This document shows, piece after piece, positions 37,401-51,047 of a DNA stretch of 64,000 nt; position 1 is the first letter of the stretch; each line of letters begins with the position of its first letter. A program made the position numbers and the translations under genes. A model generated the notes under the pieces. The model searched no databases. It was not told the origin of the DNA and saw only the letters and a list, made by a program, of their open reading frames with translations. The stretch comes from Camelus ferus (taxonomy: Eukaryota): contig NC_045697.1 of assembly GCF_009834535.1 (NCBI RefSeq), positions 58,840,001 to 58,904,000 on the forward strand, given 5' to 3'.

Positions 37401-39717
37401 GTCACCTAGGCATCTTTGATTCTTCCCTCATCCTAACCTCTGACATCCAATTAGAAGCCAAGCACTACAGATCCAACCTCTGTGCATCTCTCACATCCTT
37501 CCTCTCTTTCCATCCCCATTGCTCTCTCCCTAGTCCAGACACTCATTACCTTCTGCCCTATGGCAACACCCTAACTGATCTCTCCACGTATAGTTCCTCT
37601 CTACCCTACATTTTCCCCACATAATTCTGACAGGTTCTAAACTGCAACTCTGATCAAGAGCTTCTAAAGAATCCCCACCATGGACAAAATTATGTACAAA
37701 GTCCCAGATCCTCCACAAGATGACTATAGCCCACCTCTCAACTTCCTGCCCCACTACTTCTTACCTCACATCCTTATTGTTGGTTAAATTAGACTATTCA
37801 CTGTTTGATAAAAATGTCTCAATTTTCCCCAACTATAACTTTGTTCACATAATTCACTTCTCTGAAACACTCTTCCTCTGCCAGCACCTCCCATCTAAGC
37901 TTGCAAGTGGTCGTAGGGATTTTTCAAGAGTTCATTAAAATAACACATTATCAAAGGAAGCTTTCTTCTTCCTCACTCTCTTTGCCTCCATCCCATAACT
38001 GGGATGCCATCTCCTCTTTCTTTAAAATACTACAGCATTTATATGACACCACATTTCACCAAATCAATGAGTCAAACACCTACTGGTATATGCTGGAATA
38101 TATACACAATTATTATTATGTGGCAGATACTCAATTAATGAATTAATAAAATAATTTATAATATTTTCCTAATTAAATAGAAGAAACAAAACATGTTTTG
38201 GCCGGATGTCAAAGTTTAGCATCTATTTTCCATTATTCATATTCTTTGTAACAAGAAAAATATAATGGTGAAAAATATAATTTCCATAAGCATTTTGAAA
38301 GCTACTCGAATTTTACTTCTCAGATGGAAAAGGAAAATAATTTGAAATTTATGTCAGAGAAACAAAAGAGTTTTTCACATTTTCCTGGAAATAATTGAAG
38401 GCCAAACTCACCAACACATTTTATTTTCATTTGGACACATCATTCTGGTATTCATAGAAATGCTTTGAAATCATGTTTAGGGTTGCAAAGTTTATTATTA
38501 TTTTTGAACCTCAATAGTTTACCGATTTCCCTAGATGCCTGTTATCCTTCTTTCCATATAAAAATATAATACTATGTACCTAAGAATTCTAGACAGTTAA
38601 TATCCGAAGAATGTGTTTTGCATATCAATTAGACCTGACATTTTGTCTAAACTGGCAAACCTCACTGAGGGACACAAATAAATGTGAACCAGTTCTTTTA
38701 TCTGAAATAATATTGCATTGTCATATAAAACCAGAAGCTAACAGAGCGCTTTGAAGGCCACATTATATTATTCTCTTGCAGGAACAGTTAAATCCAAAAG
38801 GCTGAGCTTGTAAAACAGAGGGTTTCCCATTCCCGTAGCAGCATTAATCTCTGTTCTTCTGTTACAAGTTCTTTCATCTCCCCACTGCCCCATGAATTCC
38901 TGGACTTTACCTATATCCTTCCGACTATAATGTAACAAGAAAATTAGAACCAGCTTTCCCAAAACTTGGGGAGTAAGGGGAGTAAGAACATGAGAACACA
39001 CCAGAAGGATAACTTAACTCATCAAAGTCAATATAAATAACAGAATTAAAAACATATTCAGAGTAAAAAAGTCCCAAATTTTCCAATGATCATCAGTTAT
39101 ATCAGATGAAAATATAAAAACCAGAAGGAAGTAAAGAGAAATTGTTTATCAAAGGCATACACTCAACTTTCAGGTCACTCTAATTCAGAATCAGAGGAAC
39201 GCTAAGAATTGTTTGGAGAAGAAAAGGGCTAGGGATGAGTGAAGGCAGAGGAAAATCAATTCAAGTTAACCTAACATTGAATTTTTAGCTGAGCTGAATA
39301 GGACTCAGGAGGTATAGGGCATTCCAACCAGCAAAGATGATATCATTTGCTGAAGATGTGGAAGGAAGGGGGCATGGTTTGTCTAGTCAATTATTAGAAC
39401 TTCCATGGGGATGAAGGAAAAGATATGTGTGGGGATGTGGTCGGAGGTAAGAGAAAATGTGCTGCCAACTAATCTTATTGACTGGCTGCATGTGTTTTGG
39501 CTCAAAGGTTTTAAAGCATCCCACATTTGTCTCCCTGTCCCTCTTTATTCTAATGTCTATGACCTGCCCTATCATGTTGGTGAGTTCATGGTGCACAAAA
39601 GAATTGGCTCCATTCCCAAATCACTGTCTTACAATAATTTCAATAAATGAGTGGTTTGCCACCCCTTCCCTGCCTCGATCAGTTTATTTTAAAGCCTTCT
39701 TATGTAAAATTAGATGA
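34478..39717 (+). pseudogene. Dynein C-terminal-domain remnants: exon 34478-34812 (LERDRYK; LCYLQAPSNY*; PKTV*..YPRAL), exon from 38782, and open segment 39457-39717 (MTCPIM...AFLCKI)
   Basis: ctctcag|...TAA|gtaagg; ttctcttgcag acceptor at 38781. Resemble QExERxN, VPxxW, PxxxW...PQxFL, YxCPxY and ALLCQ. Confidence 0.5.
37100..38145 (+). mobile_element. L2 LINE remnant (others near 560-830, 40540-41230, 47195-47950)
   Basis: L2 ORF2/3' text (cacctaggcatctttgattcttccctc; gatactcaattaatgaat). Confidence 0.7.
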
Positions 39718-42700
39718 GCTCTTCAACCATGGTCTTGGATCTATGACTTTAAAAGTGTTCATTTTTTGGAGCGCAGCTTTTATTTTGCTAGGCTCTTAAC
39801 CAATGAGAACGTTAAACATTTCCTTAAGATAAAGCATCACTTTACAATGTCATCAAGGGATATTCTATTTTAATACTCAGTTTTAATTAGGCAAGAGTAT
39901 AAACCAAGATTCATTTCGGAGGCATTCTCAAAAGACACATGAAGATTTTTTTGTTATTACTTCATTAAACTGTGTGCTATGTTACACTGTTAATGAACAC
40001 AAACATGAGTAGATCAGTCTCCCACTTCTTTCCAGATTTTGACATGGAACATTGGACTAAGAACTGAATGAATGCCAAATATATTTAGGCCTGCAGATCA
40101 ACACTCTTAACGTCATTCAATTTGTCTCCTTGCCACAGTAATGAAAAGTATATATTGCAGAAGAACATATACAGTAAGAATTCTCTCAGCTGTTTCATGA
40201 GAACACAGGGGAGCTCAAAATCCAATCTAATCTTTGCTCCAACATGGGCCAGCTAGGTATTACTGGGAAGTAGAAGGAAGGATTGAATGAAAATCCCAGC
40301 AGATGCTCCTTTGTTGCAGAATCTTATCACACCTAAGCCAAAATAGAATGTCTAACAGTGATAACATTTTTTTTCTTTTTGATGAGAATAACATGCTTAA
40401 CAAATAGCACTTTAAATTACCTTTTTTTCAGATTTATATATTATATATATATAAGTTAAGGGTTCTTATATTTGGGGCCAGAAAGTTGGGTTTCTATTCC
40501 AAAGAGTATGTTGAAGAAGTCATTTGTTACCATCATTTCTTACCAACATTCTGTGTCTCCTTTTGTCTTTCTTATCTCAATAAGTGATACAATCATTCAT
40601 CACACAATCTTTCAGGCAAGAAATCTGGTAGTCCTCTTTGGATTTTCCCTCTTCTTACTCACCTATCCAATGAATCTTTCTCTACATCAGCCGGTCCTAA
40701 TTATCACTAATGTCATTCACTCCTAGAGTTAGGCCCACCATCATTTCTTATCTGAATTGATAGAATAACCTTCCATTTCCAGTCCTGAAGCCTCTGGTTC
40801 ATTCTTCAAATGCAGGTGCCAGGTGCCACCCTTAATTCCTCTAAGATTAATAGTTTCCTCACTGTCATCAGGAAAATTCCAAACTCCTCATAATGTAATA
40901 TGCTATCCTGATCAGATCCAGATCATTTCTGGACTAAAATCTAGAAATTACCCTCTGGACACGTATGGTTCCAATCATACTGAACTATGCCTTTGTGTTA
41001 CTGTTTCCTCCATCTATAGTAGTGTCTTTCTTCTTCTACCTCTGCCCTTGGCTTACTACTACTTCTCTGTCAGGTCCCAGATTAAATGCCTCTTTTCTTC
41101 AGGAGCATCTTCTCTGTTCGTCTAAGACTGGGTGGATATTCCCTCTACATGCTCCGTAGTACATTATACTCATCTTTGTAATAGGTATTCCCAGTACTGC
41201 CTCTTTGCTACACAATTGCTTCTACATGGGTCTACATCATGAGACAGCCAATAACATGAATAATTAAATCAGGGATATTCACCTAATCTGATGGGGAATA
41301 AATTCTCTTTTTGGAAATTCAAACTAAAAGGCAAGACAAGTGCCAGTTGGTGGTGAGTGCTGTGGCTAAAAGCAGTGATGTACAATGTGGGTTGTCACTT
41401 AACAATGTTAATGAGCAAAGAAAGCCGCTGGAAAGTCAGAGGCGAACCAAAGAACCAGGCCCATGGGAAAGAAAAGAAAATTCTGGTATTTATTGATTAC
41501 CAAGGTCCAGTACTCAAGAATTCTTAGATTTCCATAAGAATTATAGATGCTTAAAACATGCTCCTGCAGTTGGCACTCCCACTCAAGCAAACACACATGC
41601 GACCCTGCACACACACAAAGGCTTACGTTAATTACCATTTTACAAACAAGGTTCCTGCCTTTTGGGTGCAGAGGGAAGATACCCTCTAGCAAACATTTAC
41701 CACACTGTCCCATTTTTGTGCCCCAATACCCACTGAGAGATCAAAGTTTATGAGTTTTCCATCTTTGCCTTCCTGCCACTCAGTGCAGTACCCGGCATGC
41801 ATCTGTACTGAACTAAATGTTGAAAAAATACGTGAGGGCAAGAATGAATGAAGGAGCCATCCATTTTTAATAATTCAGACTAATTTTAAAGGCTGATTTT
41901 TGTTTAAAGCAATAAAAAATTAAATGGAGTTTTCTCCTTGCTTTAATTATCATAAAAGCATTCTCATCTATAAACATAAAAACCGAAGAATGGGAGAAAA
42001 TGGGAAAAAAAAGTGATGGCAGGTTGGCTGTGATTCACTAAGAGGATTAAGAGAATACACAAGCCCCACTAAAAGCATGTTGGCTCTGGCAAAAGGAAAG
42101 TTTAAAAATGAGCACCAGGTAGAGTCTTTATGACTGGTCAGGACTGAAATGCTTTAGCTGTATGAACTCTGCACATGGTACATGTGGCTTGCAGGAGGGT
42201 TATTTGTAGATCATCTCAATGAACTTTTTACGCATCTGCCTGAAAATCACAATTAAAGCAAGGAAAATGCTGATTAAAAACACATTAACATTCCTCTAGC
42301 TTCAAGGAAAAGTCTTGATATCTAGTCATTAGCTGTGCAATCTGCCCTCAGACTTCCTTCTGCCTTAATATGCTAAAGAGAAACATGTCTTCTGAGAACA
42401 ATGTTTTTTTAATTCTTTATGCTTTGCTGCTCTACTGTGAAGTCCTAATTCCTGTGAATCCAAACACTCGTTAACTCTCAAGAACTGCTATTAGCTATCT
42501 GGAGTCAAATGAATGTAAAGAGGAAAAAAAAGGCCAAAGTTTAATTTCAAACCAATAAAAGGCTTTTTGTTATATGGTTAAGGCTGTTTTTCTTGGGTTT
42601 CTATTTGCTTGTTTGCCTATCTATAGAACAAATAGAGGTTAACTTTTTAAAAAAGTAATATCAACTTTATTTTTCAATCAAATATTGCATTAATATTAAT

Positions 42701-44424
42701 CTTTATTATTTTTATTTTTTCTGAGTTTCCTATGTCTCAAAGTATACTGTTTTTATAACAGACTCTTGTTTTTGTTTTGAGAAAGGTGGAGGAGGGAAGC
42801 AGGGAGGGAACTGGAATTCACTGATAATTTCTAGTTTGAATTCTTCCATGTCTTTTCAATCTGAAGAGCTCAAAGTAATGTGGTATCTCATTTTAATTTC
42901 ATTTTTAATACCTGTCCAAGCACTCTAGCTGTATGTACTATCTCCTGTATCAAAAAAGATTATGCCCCTGTAATATTTACTTCTTCTTCTTTATTCTTTC
43001 TATAGGGAGCATTCGAAGATGACCTTCAGTTGCTCTGTATCTCACTGATAAAATTACTTTTGCACAACAGCAACTTTCGAAAAGCATTGCCTCATCATAA
43101 CAGATTAACATGATTCTGCAGGCTCCTTTTAAACTGAATGACATTTACTTCAGTCTTCATTCACGAGATCACATAAGGGTTGACTGTACCTTCACTTACT
43201 TTTTTGTCCAAAACAGAATATTATGCAATTTTCCTATGTGTAAATTGACAGAAAAACATAACTTAATCACCTGCCACATACATGGCAAAAAGTAAAGGTT
43301 AGATATATAGAAAAATCTTATTAAGCTATAAAAGTTAGGGGATGTATAAATTCAGCCAACATCTTAGTAAAAGTACCATACTGAAAAACTATTCTAATTA
43401 CTGCTATTCTGAATTTTTCTCACAAGACAGAATGGCCAGCAGGTGTTTGTGTGTGTATGTGTGTGTGTGTGTGTTTATGTTAGCTGCTGATTTAAACATT
43501 TACAGCATCTACTCAAAAATTAAACTTTATTTCTGGATTTCATTTCCTCAGTAGTACTAGAAACTGTGATGAACATATATGCATTTGTGTAAATTAAATA
43601 ATAATTTCATATTACTACTTTACAATATCATTCAAAAGTCAACATCCTGATGAAAACTTTGTGATTTCTGAAGTCTATTTTGGTAAAAACATAAGTGCAC
43701 CCAATTTAGAGAATTTCAGGTTTGAAATGGTAATGCAAAACAAAAGAAAAAAGAAAAAAAAAATCAAGTTCTTAAATAATGTTTACTCTACACTTCCCCT
43801 GATTTTTCCAAACACTTAAGAGTCAATTTTTCATGCTTCTGTAGAAATAAATGCAATTACCCACCACCATTGCCCCCAAGTCACCACCACCAAGGAAGAA
43901 ATGCTTATTTGAATTGAAACATTCTAGGCCATTGACTGAACAGTGTTCCTGAGTGGACAGCGCCTCTATGAGTGCCACAGTCATCCCCACACTTACTCTT
44001 TCCATGTGGTGACAGTAACTGAAGAGTTAGGTTTACACTCACAGGTCTCTTAAATCTCAAGTTGATTTATGATGCATCACTCTTAGTCCCTGAGCTAAAA
44101 CAGTATTCCAACTTATTTTACCAGAGAGTTCTGGAATGGGGTTTAGAAGGTAACTTCAGCTAATATAGTGGCATTTCATGTTCCTTTGCCAGTATTTCTC
44201 ATATGTACATCCCCTTGAAGAAATTATGGGGTAGGAGAGGTGACTGTGTTTTGGGACAAGGCTTGATATTTATGGTTCCACCTGCCAAGTGCTTCCCAGC
44301 ATTTTTCGAGTTGTGGCACACAAAGAAAATTATAAAACAATATTTATATAAATAATACATAAATACTTAATAAATATATAATATAAATAGTTTGTATATT
44401 AAATATCTAAATAATATATTATAT

Positions 44425-44470
44425 AGTATATATGTGTGTGTATATGTATGTATACGTGTGTGTGTGTGTG

Positions 44471-44514
<44 letters not shown>

Positions 44515-44585
44515 CCATGGGAAATTAGAGGGATAAATGTCTATATGGAATTTGGTGAGAAACTGCCTAAATATTAGTAAAGATG

Positions 44586-44637
<52 letters not shown>

Positions 44638-44645
44638 TACATATT
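44425..44645. repeat. Compound (TG)n(TA)n(CA)n and (TA)n(CA)n microsatellites
   Basis: Direct reading. Confidence 0.95.
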
Positions 44646-45179
44646 TTTAAAGTATTAAGGAAAAAAAATCACTGAGTTTTGTGCAAATATGACATAATGC
44701 TCCTCACTGGAGCTTCAAGGGCTGGATGTCACTCACTGTACTTGCCAGCTACAGAGACAATATTATAAATAATATAAATAAGGCACTTTTCAACATCTTC
44801 ATAAGAAAATTAGGTTGCTTCTGTAACTAACACTTTTCTATCAGGTTTCATGCTTTAAATGACTATATACTATTCCTAACCAATGTTTTCATCATAATCT
44901 TCTCAAAAATCTTGGTAGTATCCATTAATGCGATTTTTTTTTTCCAAACAAGCAGATAGATGATCAGAAATGGTAAACTGTGTCTTTTACAACCATTCAA
45001 ATTTTACAACAGTTGTCAGTGTCACTAAAAGTAATTTTAAACTTCCTATGATAATGCAAAGATATTTCAAACCCAATCAGAAATTGAAAGTCAAACATTT
45101 TGAAATAGTGATGAGGCTCTAATGCAGAACAAGCATGCATTGTTAAACAGGCCAGGATATCACTAAGTGCAAACATCAG

Positions 45180-45680
45180 CCACAGCGAGCGGACGCAGAG
45201 GCTAGAGACAAAGGAAGACAAATTTGGGCTACTGCCTGGGGCTGAGCCTCCCAGGAGTCCCTGCCCAGCCACCCCCAGCCCTCTTCCCCCACCGCCGGCC
45301 GCACCTTGGGCTGAGATCTGGGCTCCTTGGGCACCTGGACCACGAACTCCTCTGGTAGCTCCACGGGGCCCTGGTCCGCGATGAGCAGTGGCGCGCTCCG
45401 CAGCTGGCTGCTGAAGGAGATGTCTGGGAGGTAGAGCGCCTCCTGGGCTGCGCTCCGCGTGTCGCAGTGGAACAGCGAGGGCTGGACGTCGCTCACTGTG
45501 CTTGCCACCTGCGGGGACCGCAGGGCGCACCATCAGACTCCGCTCAGCTCAGGCCGGCCTCACTGGAGCCCTGCTAGAGGCTCTTCCCAAGGCTGCTCTC
45601 TGATGCAGGCCGTAGGCCCGGGACTCCAGCCACCCCTGGCCCCACTCACACAACCCTGGAGCTGAGGAGGTCACAGCTCC
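45180..45680. promoter_or_regulatory. Intragenic CpG island over the ADGRL3 insert exon
   Basis: Local GC- and CpG-rich block in AT-rich background. Confidence 0.7.
45305..45508 (-). CDS. ADGRL3: ADGRL3 204-nt alternatively spliced N-terminal insert exon (GKHSERRPALAVPLRHAERSPGGALPPRHLLQQPAAERATAHRGPGPRGATRGVRGPGAQGAQISAQ)
   Basis: Near-identical to the known latrophilin-3 splice insert preceding AFSRAPIP. Acceptor ccccgcag, donor CAAG|gtgcgg. Phase 1-1, in frame with the exon at 63582. CpG-rich. Confidence 0.95.
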
Positions 45681-48600
45681 TGGTCCCTACTGTGATGCTG
45701 ACTGTGTAACTCCATCCTAGTTAAACACTGTCTTCAGTAAGCCAAAAACCTCATCCTAATTCCTAACAACGATTAGGAAACTAAACATAGTTATTGAAAG
45801 CAGAGAAAACTACCTGAAAAAATAGAAATATTATTGATATTTTAAATAGATTTACAGTATTCTGTTGTAATTTATGGGCACTAATATCCGTGTCAATAAA
45901 ACATTGGTTACTGAACTAAATATTTACACACAAAAAGCTTGATAAAGTAATGGGTGAAGAAAGTTTCAGAGAGGTGTTTTTTTTTATTAGTTTTGTTTGT
46001 TCTTGTATTATTACACTTACATGGATTGTTTTATGTTTATTTATATGTTTCAGGTCATTTCACATTTTAGGATAGATTCTGTATTAAGTCTGTGATGGAC
46101 ATTAAAGTGAAAAAGATATACATACATTTTTGCCATTTATATACACAGTGATTTTACTGACAAATGGTACATAGTACATAAATGAATAAATATGGAAGAC
46201 CAAGACAATAATGAAAAAAATAAAATTGTACACACATGACTTTTTTAATATTCACAAAACAGTTATACATTATATGCTATGAAAAACAGAGCTATTTAAG
46301 TACAGGATTTTTTTTTCTGATGAATTGGTACATAGATACACATTTCTCTACACTAATTGCAACTAGTGTAATAAATAGAAATGATACTGAAAATGTTCCT
46401 GCTAACAGAAGGGAACAGACTTTACAAGGGAAAAGACTTTGCTTTACACAATTATATTTAACATCCTACAACATGCATAATAATGCTGCATAGGTACCAT
46501 TCCATAGGCAGGAGAGAAAATAAGAAACGTGAACATGCAAGAGGATTTTATGATCGTCTTTCTAATACTGGAAGTTTATACAGTAGCACTACAATCTCTT
46601 GATATATAAAATTTCCACAAATTAAGAATGAAAAACATGTTCTCTTCCAAATCACAACAAATGATATAGCTCTTATAGGAAACAAACTGATATTAAGAAA
46701 TTTGTCAAACAATCCATCTATGATGAAAAGATTTAGAATGTAACTTTAAGGCATCACCCTGAAAAAACATCTTTATTTAAACTCAGTATAATGTATGTAT
46801 ACTAAAATATATAGGCAAAAGGTAATCTGAATGCTATTTTGATAGTTCTTGTGAACGAAAAGGGTGTCAAAGAAGAAAATAAGGTTTAAGACCAAAAAAT
46901 TTGTGAAAATAAATCTCTAAGTAATTGCCACTAGTGGCATCTTTTTTGATCTTTTGAGTTCTAAAATATCCCTCTCCTTGTTACCCAAAATGACAATGTG
47001 ACTAATTTTTTTTATTATTTTTATATGACTTATGTACAGGTATGTTTTCCCTACTATCTTTATAACTACTCTATGGAAGGAAATTAGGAAAAGATTATAA
47101 AGCTGTTATTTATCTTGCAAGCTTCAGTTATGATAATGTTGAATCTCATACTCAGCCAAATTAACATATAAGGACATCTGAAGTGATGGAGCATGCATTT
47201 ATTTGTTCATTCATTCAACAAACATGTTTTGAGTTCCCATTATGTATCAGGTCCTTTTCTAGGTGCTAGAGATTTTGGTGAACAAAACAGACTATATTCA
47301 TTAACGAATCACCCATTCTTGTGTGGGAGACAGAAAATATGCAAATTCATAGACATTTTTAAACTCCATATAGATATGTAATCTACAGAAAGTTTTTTTT
47401 TTTAAAGTGTTTGCCATTGGGTTTTTGCTTGGCTGTTTGTGTGTACACAGTGTATACAAGCTGAGCTGTACAGAGCCCAAGAAAGAGCAAGAGACAAATG
47501 GTACTGGGGAGACGGGAGCAGAGGGGTTAGAGAGAAGAGGGGGGAAGAGACCAATAAAAAGTAGAACCACATCCAGATGACAATGGGATGGTGGTGGGGG
47601 GAGACACAGACAAATCGCAGTAAACAAAGTTTAAACAGGGTAATATTAAATGCTATTCTGTTTAGGACTTTATGGAAGACTTATCTATGGCAGTAAAAGT
47701 TAAAATGAGATCTCAATGATATTGGAAGTTGCCAGGCATACAAAAACCAGGAGTAAAGAACATTTCAGTCTGCTGCAAAGACCTCAGGCTGGAACTACCA
47801 TGGTCTGTTCAAGAAATAGCACAATGGCCAATGAAGCTGTGGACAGTGGGCTGGGAGATGAATGATCTGGAATGAGATCAGAGGAGTAAGCAACAGCCAG
47901 ATCCTGAGCTTTGTAAAGCAGGGTAAGGAGTTTAGTTTGGGGACAATCAACCATCTATTTAGGATACTGAATACAGCTCCTGGGAAAAAAAAGAATAGGA
48001 CAGGATAGGGGGAAAGCACAGGGATAATGATTTCTACTGAAAGAGATCAATTTCGGGAAAGGTCAATTTCTAGATTAGGCAGAGAGTGACAACTGATTTA
48101 AAATGCATATCGAGTGGAATCACCATCAGCTGAAAAATATAATACTGTCTGTATTAAATGAAAGAATCACAGCTTAAACAAAAAAAAAATTAATGTTCAA
48201 ATTACAACTAGAAAGCAAGGTCTAGTGACCTAGAAAGAGTGGGTTTGGATCAGAGAATAAAATAATTTTATGTAGTGAGACAGAGAAATACAAAAATACC
48301 AGGAAGTTACATAGACTTTGACTCTTAAATTGAAGGATATTAGACTCCAAGGTGTTCCATGAAGCTGGAGTACCTTATGTGTCTATAGATCAGACTCTCC
48401 TTCAAATTGACATCTTGATAAATGGAATCCAGAGTCACCGATCAGTGGAAGGGAAAGTGGAGGAGCTGTTACACTACCCATGTGGAGAAGGGCTGTGAGA
48501 ACAGAGCCTAAATCTTCATTTTTGTTTTTAAAATTATTGTATATGTTATACTAAATGTATTGTGTAACTTCTGGGGGAATATTTATTTGAGTTATAAATA

Positions 48601-50982
48601 TAAATCTAATTTGTCTTCCTGAAGCTATTTAAAAAATAAACTTCAAGATAAACATTACAGTTATAATTCTAGTATTCCATTAGAAGCATGGAATCCCAAG
48701 TCTGGAAAGAATCATTCAACTCACACGATAGATAATAACCCTTCGAGCTTTCCTGCTAAAAATCTCCCAATTTCACACGAAGAGACAGTGATCACAAACT
48801 CACTCTGCTCTTAGGGCACCCAATTCCATTTGAAGCAACAAGTTCTTCTCCATGTTGAGAAAAGTGTAATATCTATACTCTTGCATTCTCCTCTCACTTG
48901 TCTAAATTCTATAAAAAATGGGCTATTTGCAAAACACAATAAGCTACTCCTAGAAAACACTGGGCTTCACAGATATTTGAAGGCTTCACATCAAAAATGT
49001 CTCTTTTCTTCTCCAGATTCATAAAGGGAAAGGTTTCTTTCAAATTAACTATGAAAAGTACTCCACAATGTTGTGACATGAACTGTAGGTGGAAGACAGC
49101 CCCCTTATACTCCACACCCATCTCCTTTTGAGACCACATTTTCAAACTTTTTGTATATAATTTTAAGATGTCTGAAAGAATCTCAGTTCTAGGGCAGGAA
49201 ACAATGATAAGGCTAATACATCTTGTTCTTCTTTCTTTCAGACCTTCTTCAAAGGAAGAAACACTTCATTCTTAACTTCTTTAAAAATTGCGTTTAAAAA
49301 AAAAGAGGGACTCACTATTTTTTAAAATTCTGAACTGCTTTAATCATAAATGATATTAAATATTCATCATAAGCAATGTGAGTTGTTGCCATACTTAAGT
49401 TGTCCATATACTTACTTCATATTCAGATGTTTTTACTATTTAAACACTTTGATTCTGCTTTCCTAGTGGGCAAGCATGAAATATAAAAATTAATATTTCA
49501 CAACCTACTAAAACAGTCAAAATATTTCCCCTACGTTTATGTGTGGACTACAAACATCAAAGGCCATCAGAGCATCCAAGTTTCTGAATATTGGTTGTGG
49601 GTAAATATGAGGCAAGATGTAAGAAAAGGAAGAATAGGAACATTATTCCTTAGAGGTAAAGTATTTGTGATGGTAGGACTGGAGTTTTCATCTTACCTGT
49701 GGAGCTTATAATTGAAATAAATATCAAATATATCAGATTTCAATGATATGTGCTTTCAAAGATCAAAACTGATTTATAAATAATTTAAAAGATACTAAGT
49801 AAGCATTTTTTTCAAACAATTTCCACTGCTACTAATTTCTTGTTCACCTTAGATGAGCAGCTATATAATTCAGTCAGTTACTCAGCTTCTTCCTCCAAAC
49901 ATCTATTGATCATAATCATGAGCCTGGAATCTAGACCCCACAATGGGATGCAGTACTAAAATATTTGTAAGGAGAGAGAAATGCTTACAACAAGACATCA
50001 TCGGAGCATCATCTGCCAGAGTTACAAGTGGTTTAACTTTCATATTCACAAATCATTTGTTTTCGTGTACTGGGGTAATATTTTACCATAGCTTTTAAAA
50101 TAATTAGCTAATTATGAGCCTTACAGAGTTTTAAATGTAGTGTAATTACAGCTATGACCCTAACCTACATATTAAATTCTGCCTTTCACTATTATCTCTT
50201 GAATACAAAACTTGTTCTCTATACATAACTGCCTAATCCTTTGTTCAAATTATCCTTCTTAATAGGAAATTCTTTCCCTTACAGCTCAGGCTTCCAAATG
50301 ATACTCTCAGTATCATTATTCCCATATTTTTTTCTAAACTGCTCACAATGTATATAATCAGCAACAAGTTTCACACTACTTCCCCTCTATTCTGTACTTA
50401 AATCTAAAATTTTAAATCTACTTTTAAATTAAATCTTCTAAATACTTAAAGTCTTGGTTTCTTTTTTATTTCCAAGATTTAAGCAAACACAATATTGCCT
50501 TCGTCCTTAAATAAATTTTATCAGTGTTACTTCTTTTGTTTTCTTCTTTTGTTTCTAGCTCATTCTTCTTGATGCTGTTTTCCTTGGTTTATTTCTAATT
50601 TAAATAACTGGTCTATAAAATAAGGCCAATGTTCAGTAGATGATTAAAATGCCTTTCAAAGAAGCCTCCTTGAGCTGGTTAAGGATATTTTGATTTGAGC
50701 TTCTCTTCTAATCTATTTGAAATGTCACTGCATCATTAGATTGATGGTTCCAAGTTTATTCTTTTTATCTTAAAATTACTGAGACTACTACCTGTGATTC
50801 ATGGGATTGTCATGAGTACATACTGAGCGATTGTGCGCAAAAGTGTTCAGCTGTGAAGTGCTACATAAATGCTAGAAACTATATGGAAAAACTTATAACA
50901 ACAAATGGTTGATTAATACAAAATGTCTAATCCAATCTGAGTGACATATACAGATCCATCTGGCTATATGTATATCAACATC

Positions 50983-51028
<46 letters not shown>

Positions 51029-51047
51029 ATCCATCCATCCATCCATC
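50983..51047. repeat. (TCTA)n(TCCA)n tetranucleotide repeat
   Basis: Direct reading. Confidence 0.95.

Larger units (their letters stand above)
204..39717 (+). pseudogene. Decayed intron-containing dynein heavy chain gene (motor half, AAA2 to C-terminus); 5' part lies left of the window
   Basis: More than 15 splice-site-flanked segments give degenerate dynein motifs in collinear order (see individual entries), with multiple in-frame stops, frameshifts and an L1 insertion in an exon. By-eye comparison only. Confidence 0.8.

Noticed and set aside
45176..45508. 110-aa ORF MASTVSDVQ... as an independent gene
   Set aside because: It is an alternative frame of the ADGRL3 exon, and its GTG start is simply the first exon bases.
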